A stretch of 62,608 nt of DNA, filler included, from Rhabdomonas costata (taxonomy: Eukaryota), in NCBI GenBank assembly GCA_019059605.1. It is 34 parts of 34 records of this genome, joined end to end, with 100 filler letters (N's around TTAATTAATTAA, not from the genome) between each part and the next. Parts side by side here need not be neighbours in the genome. Positions count along the whole stretch, not along the records: positions 49,801 to 51,545 come from JAHMHO010009715.1; positions 51,646 to 53,389 come from JAHMHO010009716.1; positions 53,490 to 55,233 come from JAHMHO010009717.1; positions 55,334 to 57,077 come from JAHMHO010009718.1; positions 57,178 to 58,921 come from JAHMHO010009719.1; positions 59,022 to 60,764 come from JAHMHO010009720.1; positions 60,865 to 62,608 come from JAHMHO010009721.1; 27 more parts are not named here. One strand, written 5' to 3'. The translations under genes were made by a program, and so were the position numbers. Shown here piece after piece: positions 49,801 to 61,316 of the stretch (the first letter of the stretch is position 1; the number at the start of each line of letters is the position of its first letter). Under the pieces are notes generated by a model. It did no database searches. It saw only the letters and a program-made list of their open reading frames with translations, and was not told the origin of the DNA.

Positions 49801-51290
49801 GCACCCCTCACTCTCTCTTCCTTGCATCAGGGTCGTTCAGGGGTGCCTTCTACCTTGGGTCTCTTTCTCTTTTACTATAGTCAGCGTGGGTGCGTGGTTT
49901 TGGGTTTTTGTGTCCTGGGGTCAGAATTCTTGGTTAGGGTCAGGAATCGTGATTAGGTATCGGGTGTATAGGTGGGCTCAGTTGGTAGGATATCGGTATC
50001 TAGGTTGGTTCTGTGGCTAGGGTTGGGTTTAGGCGTCGGTATTTGTAGATTTGTATCGGAGTGTTGGTTCGGGATTCTGCGCCGGTAATTGTGTGTTTGA
50101 GTTACTGGTTCGGTCTTCGTGTGTTGTAATTCTACGTGTTCATGCGTGGGTTCTGTGGTCAGGTGTCAGGTCTTCGATTTAGGGACATCTCACATTCTGG
50201 GGTTAGTAGCTGGTTCTGGAGGCTTAGTGTTTCGGCCTTCTGTCTTTCTGGTTTGTTGCGTTTACTGAGATGGTTCTGGCATTTGGAGTCGTGGTTACTG
50301 GTTTGCTTTACTTGGGTTCGCTTCTCTTGCACTTATTGGTTTGGCTGGTGACTTCGTGTTCGTGTTTCTGGGTTCTACAACTGGCTTAGTGGTTAGGCCT
50401 TCGTTTCTGTGTTGGGCATTCTGGGTTTTTGGGTTATGTCTTGGACTATCTGTGCCTGTCGTCATGGTGCCTTCATGGCTCCTGGTTCGGTTTTGCGTCT
50501 CCGTTGTGTTCTAGGTCTCCTCAGCTACGATGGCTCCTGTTTCTGCGTCAGTGCGTGCTTTATTGTGCTTGCGTGGGCTTGTGCCTTTGCGGATTGGGTT
50601 TGCGTCTCTGTGTTTGGCCTTCGGTTTCTCATTTTGCGGTGCTGTGAATGTATTATGGTTCTACCTTCTGTTGTTGGTATTCGGTCTTTTTGTCTTCATT
50701 GTGTACTTGGTATCTCTCGCTGTGTCTGGTGCTTTATCTCTGTGTGTTCGTACTTGGTTGGTGATTTTGTGAGTCAGTGTGGTTTTCTTTGTGTGCGAGG
50801 TGATCTTGGCCTTCGGTCCTTCCACTTAGGTGTATTCTGTAGTCTCGTTAGTTCTGGTGGGCGCGTAAGAGTTGGGTGGGTGGCTTTCGGTGTCTGGGTT
50901 TGTAGTTCTTCCTGGTTCCATGTTGCATTCTGTAACATTCTGTGTCCGGGTGTGTGTCGGTTTTGCTACGTGTTCTTTCGCTCCTGGTGTGCCTTCGTGT
51001 CATGGTATAGATTGTGGTGGTGCTTTGTGTGGTTTGAACGTGCATGGTGGGGTGGTGGTGTCCTTGGTGTCATTGTTCGGTCCTTCCGCATAGGTAGTTT
51101 TCAAGTGTTCTCTGTGCGCTGTCGTTCGGGTTTTTGGGTGTGGGGTGGATGCAAGGTGTCGGATGTGTACGTTGGTGGAGGTTGCGTGTGTTGCTGATGC
51201 TTAGTGTTGGTGCGTATGTTGCGATGTGTTAGGGTGGTGATGCTTATGGTGTTAGAGTGTAAGAGTGGAGAAGTGAGTAGAGTACTCACG
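49801..51290. repeat. ~1.5-kb G/T-rich, A-depleted low-complexity tract with degenerate recurring words
   Basis: Visible strand skew; recurring ggccttcg, ttcggtc, tggttctgg, gttactggtt, and a few TTAGGG-like hexamers near 49930-50035. Confidence 0.7.
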
Positions 51291-51545
51291 TACTACCTGG
51301 GATGTCCACGTCATCGACAGTCATGACATCAGCCAACGAAATTGCTGTGCAGAGAGCTCCAGGAACTGTATAGCTAAGAATTTTGCAGATATCACCAGAG
51401 TACATGCTCACATCAATCAAAGTTGATCGGGTATAGCAGACATGAAGCCACAGCTTATGCAGGGTTACACCGGAGGCATCACCAGATGTGGTTAAGAGTG
51501 ACACTCTAGAGGCAAGCGTGGAGCACGTTGTGAAGAACTCGTTGT
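51290..51545 (-). CDS. Possible exon of an unknown protein
   Basis: Open frame NEFFTTCSTLASRVSLL...SLADVMTVDDVDIP ending at a donor (gtagta at 51296 or gtgagt at 51289), where composition switches abruptly to the skewed tract. Confidence 0.35.
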
Positions 51546-52344
51546 NNNNNNNNNNNNNNNNNNNNNNNNNNNNNNNNNNNNNNNNNNNNTTAATTAATTA
51601 ANNNNNNNNNNNNNNNNNNNNNNNNNNNNNNNNNNNNNNNNNNNNGGCGTCTCTTCCGTGGCGAAACTTTGTCCGCCTGTTGGGCCCACACAACGCTAAA
51701 TGCCAAAAAGAGTTTATTTTGACCTGACGGTGACTTTCTATTTGATGAGCTTCGTATTGTACAGGTTCGTATGCTTCTTCAGAAAGGATTACCTCCTGCA
51801 CACCCATCGGATTGTCCTGTGATATATTTTCACACCAAAAGCATCGAAATGCTGCCACGTTTTTTTACCTTCAAGAAGGTTTTCGTTATTGTACGTTCTG
51901 CCCGAATGCATTCACCAACCTGAAAAGTTTCGTCATCGTGGGTTGAAAAATTACGTCCACACACATTGGCGGCATCATCAGTCGACGAAATGGACTGAGG
52001 CATGCCTGAGGTGAGGCGTCTTAAATGCCGTATTTCCCTGCTGGGCCTGTGCGATGTGCATGTCACATGGCTACCCACTGGTTCCGTGTGGTTCCGTGCT
52101 GCCGCCGCTTTGTTTTTCCGTGTGATGTTATGATATGACCAGTGTAGGGAGCCCTCCCCTGACTTGGACCGCAGTTTCCAATCCCCATTCAGGAGGTTCG
52201 GATGTTTTGGTGCCATAAGGCTGGACCAAACGTGAGCTAATGGGAGGGTGGGTTGGTGTTGGGAAGTTAAATTATACTCTGTGTTCAGCAATGCCGCTGG
52301 CTCCTGCGAAAAGGGTTTGCAACTGAGCTCTCCACGCACCGCAC

Positions 52345-52961
52345 CTCGGGCCCCTTCAGCCGGAGTAAGGTGCGGGCGATCACAACGGCCAGGGCGGTGG
52401 GCTGCAGCTGCCCATCCTCCGGCAGAAGGGGGTTGCCGTCCTGGTCGGCTTTCCCAATCACCACTGGTGGGGAGGGGCGGCCGTACAGCAGGTCCTTCAG
52501 CTGCCACTCTGAGGCAAGCATGCAAAGAGAATGGGGAGAACGCGCGCACAGATTGCTCATGCCAGGACTCGCGCGAGAACGGCTGGAAAGAGTATGGGCA
52601 TGAAAGAGAGGATAGGTCGCAGGGTCTGTTTTGGGTTCGCGCCTGATCACATATCGGTGTTACGGTTGTTGGTCAGGTCACCCAGAATCGAACCAAAGCT
52701 CCTCGACCCCTCAACCCCACCCAGTCATGGACACACGTCAGAAAGAAAAGGCTCCCCCGACGCCAGGTTGCTGAATTTGCGGAGGTCTTCTGCTCTGGGG
52801 CTCCTCATTCAGAGAGATCCTCCTCCCTTTGTATCAATCCTCCCACCCATTCAAAAAAAAGCACCGATCAGGTTGCGCTTCTCCTCCACCACCAGCACCA
52901 CCTCCAGCCCGGAGCAGAACTCCCGCACCGCGGTGGGCTCCAGAGGCCACGGCATGCCCAC
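52345..52961 (-). CDS. Bacterial-type fused indolepyruvate/2-oxoacid:ferredoxin oxidoreductase (IOR family); exons 52961-52865 and 52508-52345
   Basis: Spliced product VGMPWPLEPTAVREFCSGLEVVLVVEEKRNLI|EWQLKDLLYGRPSPPVVIGKADQDGNPLLPEDGQLQPTALAVVIARTL matches the fused-IOR pattern kVGM.WPLEP..vr.Fa.GL.eilVVEEKR..iE.QlK..LY......viGK.D..G..llP..GeL.p..ia..iA.rL; phase-1 GT-AG intron 52864-52509. Confidence 0.88.
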
Positions 52962-53489
52962 CTGGGACCCAGACAAACAACACCCAGAAAAAGTGGGAAG
53001 GAGGAAGGAGAGCGACGCTGTCCTGCCTTATCTTCATACCCCATCATGGCTATGGCTCGGCGTTTGGAAATCGGGTTTGGATATTGCTCCCCACGCATCC
53101 CTCCATTTTAGACGAGCAAGAGATACTGCCTGGTCTTTTTCTTCGACTTAGGGACAGGTGTGTTACCAGAGTGGTAAAGTCCCTGAGTTCTCAGAAGAAT
53201 AGAGAGAACAGCGAAGCGAACTCCTTCCATGACCACTACCAAAAAAAACAAGTTTTCAGGTACTAATCCGCACACAAACACAAGTAGGCAAGGATTAGCC
53301 CCTTGAGGCCACATCCACTCTCACAAAAACACACGCAAATACGTAATGTGAATAGCATTCATTGGAACCGATTCTTCAACAAAGAACAANNNNNNNNNNN
53401 NNNNNNNNNNNNNNNNNNNNNNNNNNNNNNNNNTTAATTAATTAANNNNNNNNNNNNNNNNNNNNNNNNNNNNNNNNNNNNNNNNNNNN

Positions 53490-55099
53490 CCCGGGTCACC
53501 TCCCGCTGCCGGGCCAGTGCTTCCCTCTGGTAGTGCTGGAGCTGCTCCTCTGTATCCCGAACCCCAACCCCCCGCAGAAAAACTTCTCTCGCATTAGTGT
53601 GCCGTCAAGGAATGAGACGGGACGTGATGTGACGTTTGCTTTGTTTTCGCGCCCCAGTAACTAGGGACGTCTGGAAGAGAGGGAGGGAGGGACCGAGCAG
53701 TGGGACCCGCGGCTGGTGGGGGCATCCAGGCGTGTAAAGTGGTGAGCTTGCACCCCGGGGCACCTGAGAGTGCTGTAGGACCCCACCGTATTTATAGCAT
53801 CCAGGCTGCGCGCGACTCACCAGGAAACCGTTTCTTTTCTTCGCCCTTTCTTTCCTGTTATGCCCCTCCGCGTCCGTCCTTTTCTTTCGCTCACAAACAT
53901 ACTGTCCCAGTCACCCAAACCAAAAGGTTGTGACGTAACAAGTTTCAGTTCTGGTCTTTTCTTCAATTTAGTACCCCTGCTGGGAAAGCACTGGGAAGGA
54001 AAAGTTCATGGGGGAGTAATAGAGTGGTGGTAGGAAGAGAGATGCTTTGTGGCTGTGCCGGTGGTGTCGAGGTTGCTGATGGATTTATTATGACTTGCTT
54101 AACCCAAGGGCAAATGAAAACCACATGACGATACTTTTTTGTGGGGACTTCTTTTTTCTTTTGAAAGCTCGCTCTGGGTCGTCGCACCCCCGGCCCTTAA
54201 TCACTACGAGCTTGGGCAATGCCAAGACCGGGAAAAAGAAAAGGCGGGAATCCGCCATGACGATCAATGCACACCCCAAACCATGACCAAACTGTGAACA
54301 ATGACCACGCTCCATGCCAACACTGCCCCGGTATTGCAATACAACAATGGAGCCACTGGTGAAAAAAACAAAAAAACTTCCAAGAGGACAGGCAAAAGCG
54401 ATGAGAGCAGATGGCTGCCGCAGATGAGCACAACCAAAAAAAGCGCACACCTCGAAGCAAGAGCTGCTGCCGCAGGTTTTCGACGTATTCGTCATAGCCA
54501 TGTGTGGAGGGGTCCGAGAGGTGCCTTTGCTCAGCCTAAAGTGCGGATGGGAAGGGACTCATAGCTTTGCCCTCGAAGAGGCACTGCATTCTACATGACG
54601 GCTCATAAGTGGTGATGATTACCCTGCCTGACTGTATGCACATCTGCAGGGTGGACTGCTCACGTAAAGTGACCATTTGAATCTCCCGAGTCTGGATAAA
54701 CTGATTTTTTGTACATAATCAGGGGACCGGGGTGGTTCTTTCACCCGCTCAACTCCTGGTCATCCCAGGTCATGCGGAGTCGAGGTATTCTTAAATGATA
54801 TACAGCAAAATAAAACACAATCAGCGCTGTCGATTCAGCGGTCCTTCTCGATTCGTATCTAAGCAAGGAACGGTGCAAGATTGAGTTTGCATAGAACCAC
54901 TGGTGACTGGTGAAATTCGCTCCCCTCCAAAAAAGAAGCACAAGAGACGAATACAAAAGCCAGAGAGAGAGAGTGCCTGAGACGCAACGTATCGAAACCC
55001 GATGCTGAGAGGGGTGAGTAGGAAAGGTGGAGTTGTGTCAACCCTTTGCAGAGCTTTCAGACGGCGCTCAAACTGATCCTCCTCTCGAGGCGCCTCTTG
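53490..55099 (-). CDS. Coiled-coil protein fragment; exons 55099-55043, 54535-54451 and 53549-53490
   Basis: QEAPREEDQFERRLKALQR|AEQRHLSDPSTHGYDEYVENLRQQLLLR|EEQLQHYQREALARQREVTR; GT-AG boundaries with compatible phases (0, then 1). Confidence 0.55.
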
Positions 55100-56400
55100 C
55101 TGGGCGAGAGAAAGAGCGCGAAGAGGAAGGGGGCCCACCCCCCCAGCGGTGATAACTCAACCTCAAAGGCAACCTCAACAACCGCAAACTTGTCCAACTC
55201 ACTTCGAAACAACCCGGAAACCATTCTTCCCACNNNNNNNNNNNNNNNNNNNNNNNNNNNNNNNNNNNNNNNNNNNNTTAATTAATTAANNNNNNNNNNN
55301 NNNNNNNNNNNNNNNNNNNNNNNNNNNNNNNNNCTGCCAAAGCTGTACTTGTTTTCAGATTATATATATAATTCAGACCCCCAACCACAAAATGCCCGAT
55401 TGCCCGCGGCACCGTAAATTGTAGAATTTTAGGAATGTTATCAACTGTAAGCGTCTTGCCTAATGGGCAGAAAGGTTTTGTTGAAAAAGGAAGTGCACCA
55501 ATGATAGATCTGCACTGCTGCGTACCGCAAGGCTCCATTGTGACATTCTCGCAATGCTGCTCATACTTAAGCAACTAGTATTTCGACTTTCGCACACAAC
55601 AAGCATAAAACACAAGCAAATAAGCACGTTTAGCCCAGACGGGGCAAGAAAGTATCAGGACGTATGGCACCAAGTTCGTCACATACCAATACATACATAT
55701 GGATGCCAAAATCAATGTGTGGCAGCAGCCCAAAGGACACGTCAGAAGCGCGCGCCACATTACGTAGCCATTAAATTAGACGCTTTCGAAAAAATGGTTT
55801 TGAGGTGAAATGCTCACTTCGACAGGGTCTAGCGCTTCTGCTACAACTGTTATTTAACCTGACCCCGCACCAGATTTTATCGCTGAGCAGTTAATATTAT
55901 TCGGTCATTCGTATTTTAATTTTCTCTGAGCAACAACGGCAGTGCTGATGTTCGGGACTCAGATCAGAGCAGGTTTTGACAGCCTAAAGCATAGTTACAA
56001 GTTTTAAAGCAAACTATTTTTTCAAAATTTCCAGTTGCAAACCGATTGTTTTACAGTCAAATGAGCGTGAGGAAGAGGAGGCCAGAGTCAAATTATTCAC
56101 AAGGGAGGGGAGCTGCCAATCCTAAATCTGGACTCTCAAGGCCGCCATGGGCGACATCCAGGCTCACAAGGACGGATCAACCCACTGTGACCCACCCAAC
56201 AAGAGGGAGTGTGCAGAACTGGGATCCGCATACGTGGGGGAACCGCACACGCACTGAAACACCGTCTGATACCTGATAAGGTTGTGCGCTGCTCAGCAAT
56301 AATTGAACAGTTCGCAGGCAAGGCCCCCCCCCGCCCCCAGCACTCTCCACAATCTCAGGGGGGAGCGAAGGCAGCAGCAAAAGCCAGAGAAGAGAGACAC

Positions 56401-56556
56401 CTCCCGGCGCGGGAGCCGCTTCCACCATATTGGTGAAGGGTGGAGGGGGGTAGCAGAACCACCCCTCGCCCAATTTAGGGTGGCAAGGCAAACAATGCAT
56501 GTGGAAGGGCTTGCACTTGATCTCGCAAGCTTCCTTGTCTATGCAATTGGGAAGAC
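56401..56556 (-). CDS. Possible small Cys-rich exon
   Basis: gcag|(G)LPNCIDKEACEIKCKPFHMHCLPCHPKLGEGWFCYPPPPFTNMVEAAPAPG|gt; six Cys, phase 1-1. Confidence 0.35.
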
Positions 56557-57378
56557 CTGCGTGTAGGGGGGAGTGAGGAGGCCAGGAATGGGGACCAATG
56601 AAATGGCTTCGATGGCGTGAAAACAAGGGCTTTTTCTAGCGGTTGCGCCAAGCCTCCCCCCTCACTCGCCACCCCGTAGTGAAGGAAATAAGCATGGACC
56701 CAGATAAGGTCGAGGGAGGGTAAAATAAGCATTTCAAGTTTGCCCACTACTACTGACCCATCACAATCCTTTCGGTGGATTTGGGTACAGGAGTGATCGC
56801 CACTAAGACCGGGGCCGCGGCAGCCGGACCGGGCGGGTATGATTGGAACCTGGCTGGTCAACCGTATTATGCAATGGTTCAATAGGAAAAATTGGTACTG
56901 GTGGTAACTCTGATTGGGTCCGCCTTTTTGCAAGAACTTCGGTTCAGATCTTTATTTTTTTATCACGTTCCACCTCCAGAATAACTCCCGAATCCCATGG
57001 ATCACCCCCCGGAACCAGAGTTGGGGTGGGCACTCAATGGACCATTGTATATGTAGCACACGTTGTAACCACAACAANNNNNNNNNNNNNNNNNNNNNNN
57101 NNNNNNNNNNNNNNNNNNNNNTTAATTAATTAANNNNNNNNNNNNNNNNNNNNNNNNNNNNNNNNNNNNNNNNNNNNGTTGTGTGCTCGTGAGTTTCACG
57201 CTTTTTGCGCGCCGATTCTTGGTTTTCCAACTTCTTCCAATGGCGATTAACTCTTAATCTCTGTGGCAGCCCACGTAAAGTAAAGAAGAGTTACCTTCGG
57301 AATTCCCCACTGTGTTGTCTGCTATTTAGCCGCGCGCAATCCACGGGGGTAATGAGTGCGTTTGGTGGGGTGGGTCAG

Positions 57379-58493
57379 TCCCGCCAAGCAGCCGCCCGGG
57401 ATGCCCAGTGGCTCCTTTGGGCCCACCACCGCGGGTCGGATGGACACGTACGTGGGACTTTTCCAGGAGCACGGTGGGAGCATGATCATGGTTGCAAAGG
57501 GGAACCGCTCCAAACAGGCACGCAACCTCGACGCGCACTCATGGGCATCCACACTGCCAGCGGCGGTGGCAACACCTGGTGATCCCAATGGTTTAAGGGG
57601 GGGGCCTTTAGAACACAGAAAATTACCAATCACACCCCACTCCACTACACCCCACCTCAACGACGTGGTATGGTCTGCTCAGAAAAGGAAGCTAAGTAAC
57701 AGCCAACCGGATTTATCGGTGGGGACAGACCGGTTTTTCACCTGACGCTGCTTGTTGTTCAATGCTTTCGCTGTCCAGCTGTCCATCAATTCTAATAACT
57801 GCTTCATATAGGCCCAACAGAAAACACTCTTTCTTGCGCAAGCACCAACCACCAAGTGCATAGTTATCCAACATTTTCATTCAAAGAGCGCGTCCAGAGC
57901 TGGGAAGCCAAGTTCGAGAAGAGAGGAGAAGGGGAGGGGGGTTCCCAGGTCACCGATGCCTGCAAGAAGTACGGGGGCTTTTATCTGGGATCCATCGGGG
58001 GCCCTGCAGCCCGGCTGGCCCAGGACTGCATTAAGTGTGTCTGAGTGTGGGTGGTGGTGGATGGACAGGTGTGATGGCGTAGGTCGGCTGCATTGATGCG
58101 TGAAAGGCAGAGAGATTTTGTGCATTTGTGCACTTGAAATGTTTTTAGATCGTTTAGGATTTCCAGTAAGTCAGAAGTGCACATGTTGATGTGCGCGTGG
58201 TACCCACGTGTGTGTCCGTGCCTGTGTTTGCGTGTCCGTGGTGCTGCTTTGGCTTCAGGAAGGTTGAGGTTCTGGAGTACCCCGAACTGGGCATGGAGGC
58301 TGTGTGGCGCATTGAGGTCGTCTTACCGCCTGTACTCCGATTTTGTATTTCCTCTCGCTGCGTTTGGCTTCACGTTTGAAGTGGTGATTCCATTTCCCTC
58401 TGATTTTACGTACGTCTTCTTGTGTATGTTCGCCAGTTTTGGGGGAATATCTCCTTTTTCAGGTGGTTGACTTTCCCGCCTTCATTATCGTCG
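57379..58493 (+). CDS. Class I (Fe-S) fumarate hydratase, C-terminal domain; exons 57379-57517, 57949-58034, 58259-58316 and 58463-58493
   Basis: [25 protein letters not shown]...[73 protein letters not shown], the characteristic FumA/FumB-type sequence. Confidence 0.96.
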
Positions 58494-60196
58494 GTGTGAC
58501 TTTTCGATGCAGACATGCATCTTTCGTTTGGCAAGCTGCTCTGCTGAAGCTTTCGGATTTTTTACTCACGGCACCAAGTGCATGAGTTATGTGTAGGGTT
58601 GGATTTAAAACAATGCATTGGTTGCAAGGGATGCATTTTGTCGCAAAACTGCCCGCCTCCCCCATACCGGGAGATCTGAAAGCCTTCAGATTTCGTTTGC
58701 AACTTTTTTTACTTTTTTCATCACTTGATGCTAGGTTCTCGTATTCCGTATACTCGACTCTCGTGTTCCGGGGGTTTGTATTTGGGCCTTCCTTTTTGAT
58801 ATATTGTTGGTTCGGTAGTTAATGAATTACCACAGTGAAGGAGTTGAGGAACTGAATCTTGAGACGCCGACTCTACAACTCTGGCGTGTGCATTTCATTA
58901 ACTACCGAACCAACAACACAANNNNNNNNNNNNNNNNNNNNNNNNNNNNNNNNNNNNNNNNNNNNTTAATTAATTAANNNNNNNNNNNNNNNNNNNNNNN
59001 NNNNNNNNNNNNNNNNNNNNNTTTTGTTTTTGTACTTCCCAGGGATTTAGAGAATATTGACGCTTTATGATAATAGAAAATTTGCGCAGGGTTAGGTCGC
59101 CCTACACGCTCCCCAGCGGTACATGTGCGGGGAGGGGGGGTACCCTCAATATACACGGGTTCGGGAGCCATGCACTGGGGGAGCACAAAAGGAAAGCTAT
59201 GCCAATAATAATATTATTATTAAATCCACCTCATATTAATTTCTTATTTGACTTGGGACGTGTGCGTGTTTGTGCTCCTGCACGCGAGCTCCCAAATTAT
59301 CGTGGAATTGCGTTCCCTCCCCACCTCACCCCTCCGTTTCCCTGGTCGTCGTGGCCCCCAAAACTCAGCAGTTTGCCTGAAGAAGTCCCTTTTGTTTTCT
59401 TGTCTTCGCGCGCGGGTGTGCGGAAGCTCGAAAACAATCACACACACTTCAGAAAGCACGTTCTGAACAATCATAGTAGTAACGCCCATTTGCGCATCTA
59501 CGCGTGCATCCGCAAAGGCACAAGTCAGGCCGTACTGCAACAGCTCTTTGAACGCCACCCCCACTCCACCTCTGGTGCTAGTGACTCGTTCCAGATCTTC
59601 ACTCCACAGGAACTGTAGCACAGGATCCATATATCCTCGCGACCATAGGATGGTAGTGGGGACACAGCAGAGGCGATCCCATCTGCTGCTCCAATCCTCC
59701 ATTTCAGCGCGCACGCTGCATTCGTGGAGAGTGATAGGAGGAGGTCGACTGCTGGGTTCTGCTGCCAGTTCAGTCAATGGGTACGGAGACAAGGATCCGC
59801 CCGTTCACAGGGCAAATCCCTAAGGCCCTGACAATCCACTTACGGACTCGTCAGAATGCACGAGGAGTGGTTCCGCACGAAGCTCTGCAGACAGGCATGC
59901 TACCGCAATCACACATCCACACAACAACCACAAGAAGGAAGGTAGATTGCTCAACTGAAGTGAAAAATGTTATTGCGTCGTGCTGTGCCCAGTCGCATTG
60001 GCCTTCCAGTGATGCGTTTCTTGGCCTTCAGATGGGCAATCTTAACACAGAGCCTATAAAGAAATTTACTTGTTTGGTCTCAATAAACAAGGATGAATAC
60101 CTTTTTCGGTGATCGTGAATACAATTTGTGTGTGGCATTACGTTGCAAATTGTCTTGGGATTGTTTGAGCTCCAAGGCTAAAAAAAAACTGAGAAC

Positions 60197-60342
60197 CAGC
60201 AGCGCCTCTTTTGAACGCTGGGTGCCCTCGTAGGTAACAAAGGTGGTCTTGTTGTGGGCGGGGAAGAAGATCAGCTCAGGGAACCCGGCGACGGCCGAGT
60301 CCACAACTCCAGGGACATCGTGCAGCTGACAGTTGTACTCCG
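60197..60342 (-). CDS. Exon of a thioredoxin/PDI-like domain (C-terminal half)
   Basis: AEYNCQLHDVPGVVDSAVAGFPELIFFPAHNKTTFVTYEGTQRSKEALL parallels ak.d...ndvp....V.GFPtl.fFpa..K....y.G.R. Confidence 0.75.
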
Positions 60343-61316
60343 CTGCGGCCACCCGAATCCCCCCGATCAAAACGCACAAAGAGATCCACTCCAGCCCTTC
60401 TTATCCTAACACAACAAACGAATCAACTTGGTGCACTACATAGCATAGGCTGGGCTCTTGCACTGATTCGAGAAGACGAAAACAATGCACAGCGAAAAGG
60501 GCTGGATATCAGTACAGGGGAAAGTACGTCACTGTTTCACTTTAACTGGGGAAACGATATTGGAAAGGCAGAGTTAACCATGACGCCGGTCCCTCGGCCT
60601 CATCGGAAATACTCCCCTGTGAACAACATTGGATGTTGGATGTTGGCCCACTACGCATAAGTTTCAGCTCTGCAACAGAAAATAAAGTCTTCAAGTGAGG
60701 ACACCACCAACGACCAGCATTCATGGTTGGCTAAAACAGCCATTGCCAACCCAATCAACAAACCNNNNNNNNNNNNNNNNNNNNNNNNNNNNNNNNNNNN
60801 NNNNNNNNTTAATTAATTAANNNNNNNNNNNNNNNNNNNNNNNNNNNNNNNNNNNNNNNNNNNNTGTTTTTTGTTTAGACTTTGCGGTAGACAATCCACT
60901 TGACCTCGTTGTATGGAGTACCGGGGCGTTTCCTCCATAATGTTTCTCTTTCTCTTTTTTTTGCGGAAGTCTAATACTCACGAACTTTTCCCGTGGTTTC
61001 TGCAAACCCATATTCTGACAGAATAATGTTGAAACGTGAATTTTAAATCAAAACATCGGGTTTAAATCAAAACATGGGCACATTTAAGGCGCTATGGGTC
61101 ACTGACGAACTCGGTTGACGATGCTCATGTTGGAGATAATTCTCAGAAGAAAAAGATGGCCCGCTGCTTGAGATATTTCTCCCCTAAATCGTGTTTTGGT
61201 TTGGTTGACTGCGACAGTGTATACGTTATACAGCATATGTTTGGATATGCTTGTGGTACTTTACGCATGAGGGAAAAGGGATCCCTTAGTCACCTGAGCC
61301 GTGAACCAACCAAAAG

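Noticed and set aside
50409-51197. 262-aa Cys/Val/Phe/Trp-rich ORF
   Set aside because: A by-product of the A-depleted G/T tract, where stop codons are rare; no coding-like codon pattern.
1744-60864. Regularly spaced TTAATTAATTAA repeats resembling a CRISPR-like or periodic array
   Set aside because: They are embedded in N runs and are synthetic six-frame-stop linkers. ORFs ending in X...LIN are artefacts of them.
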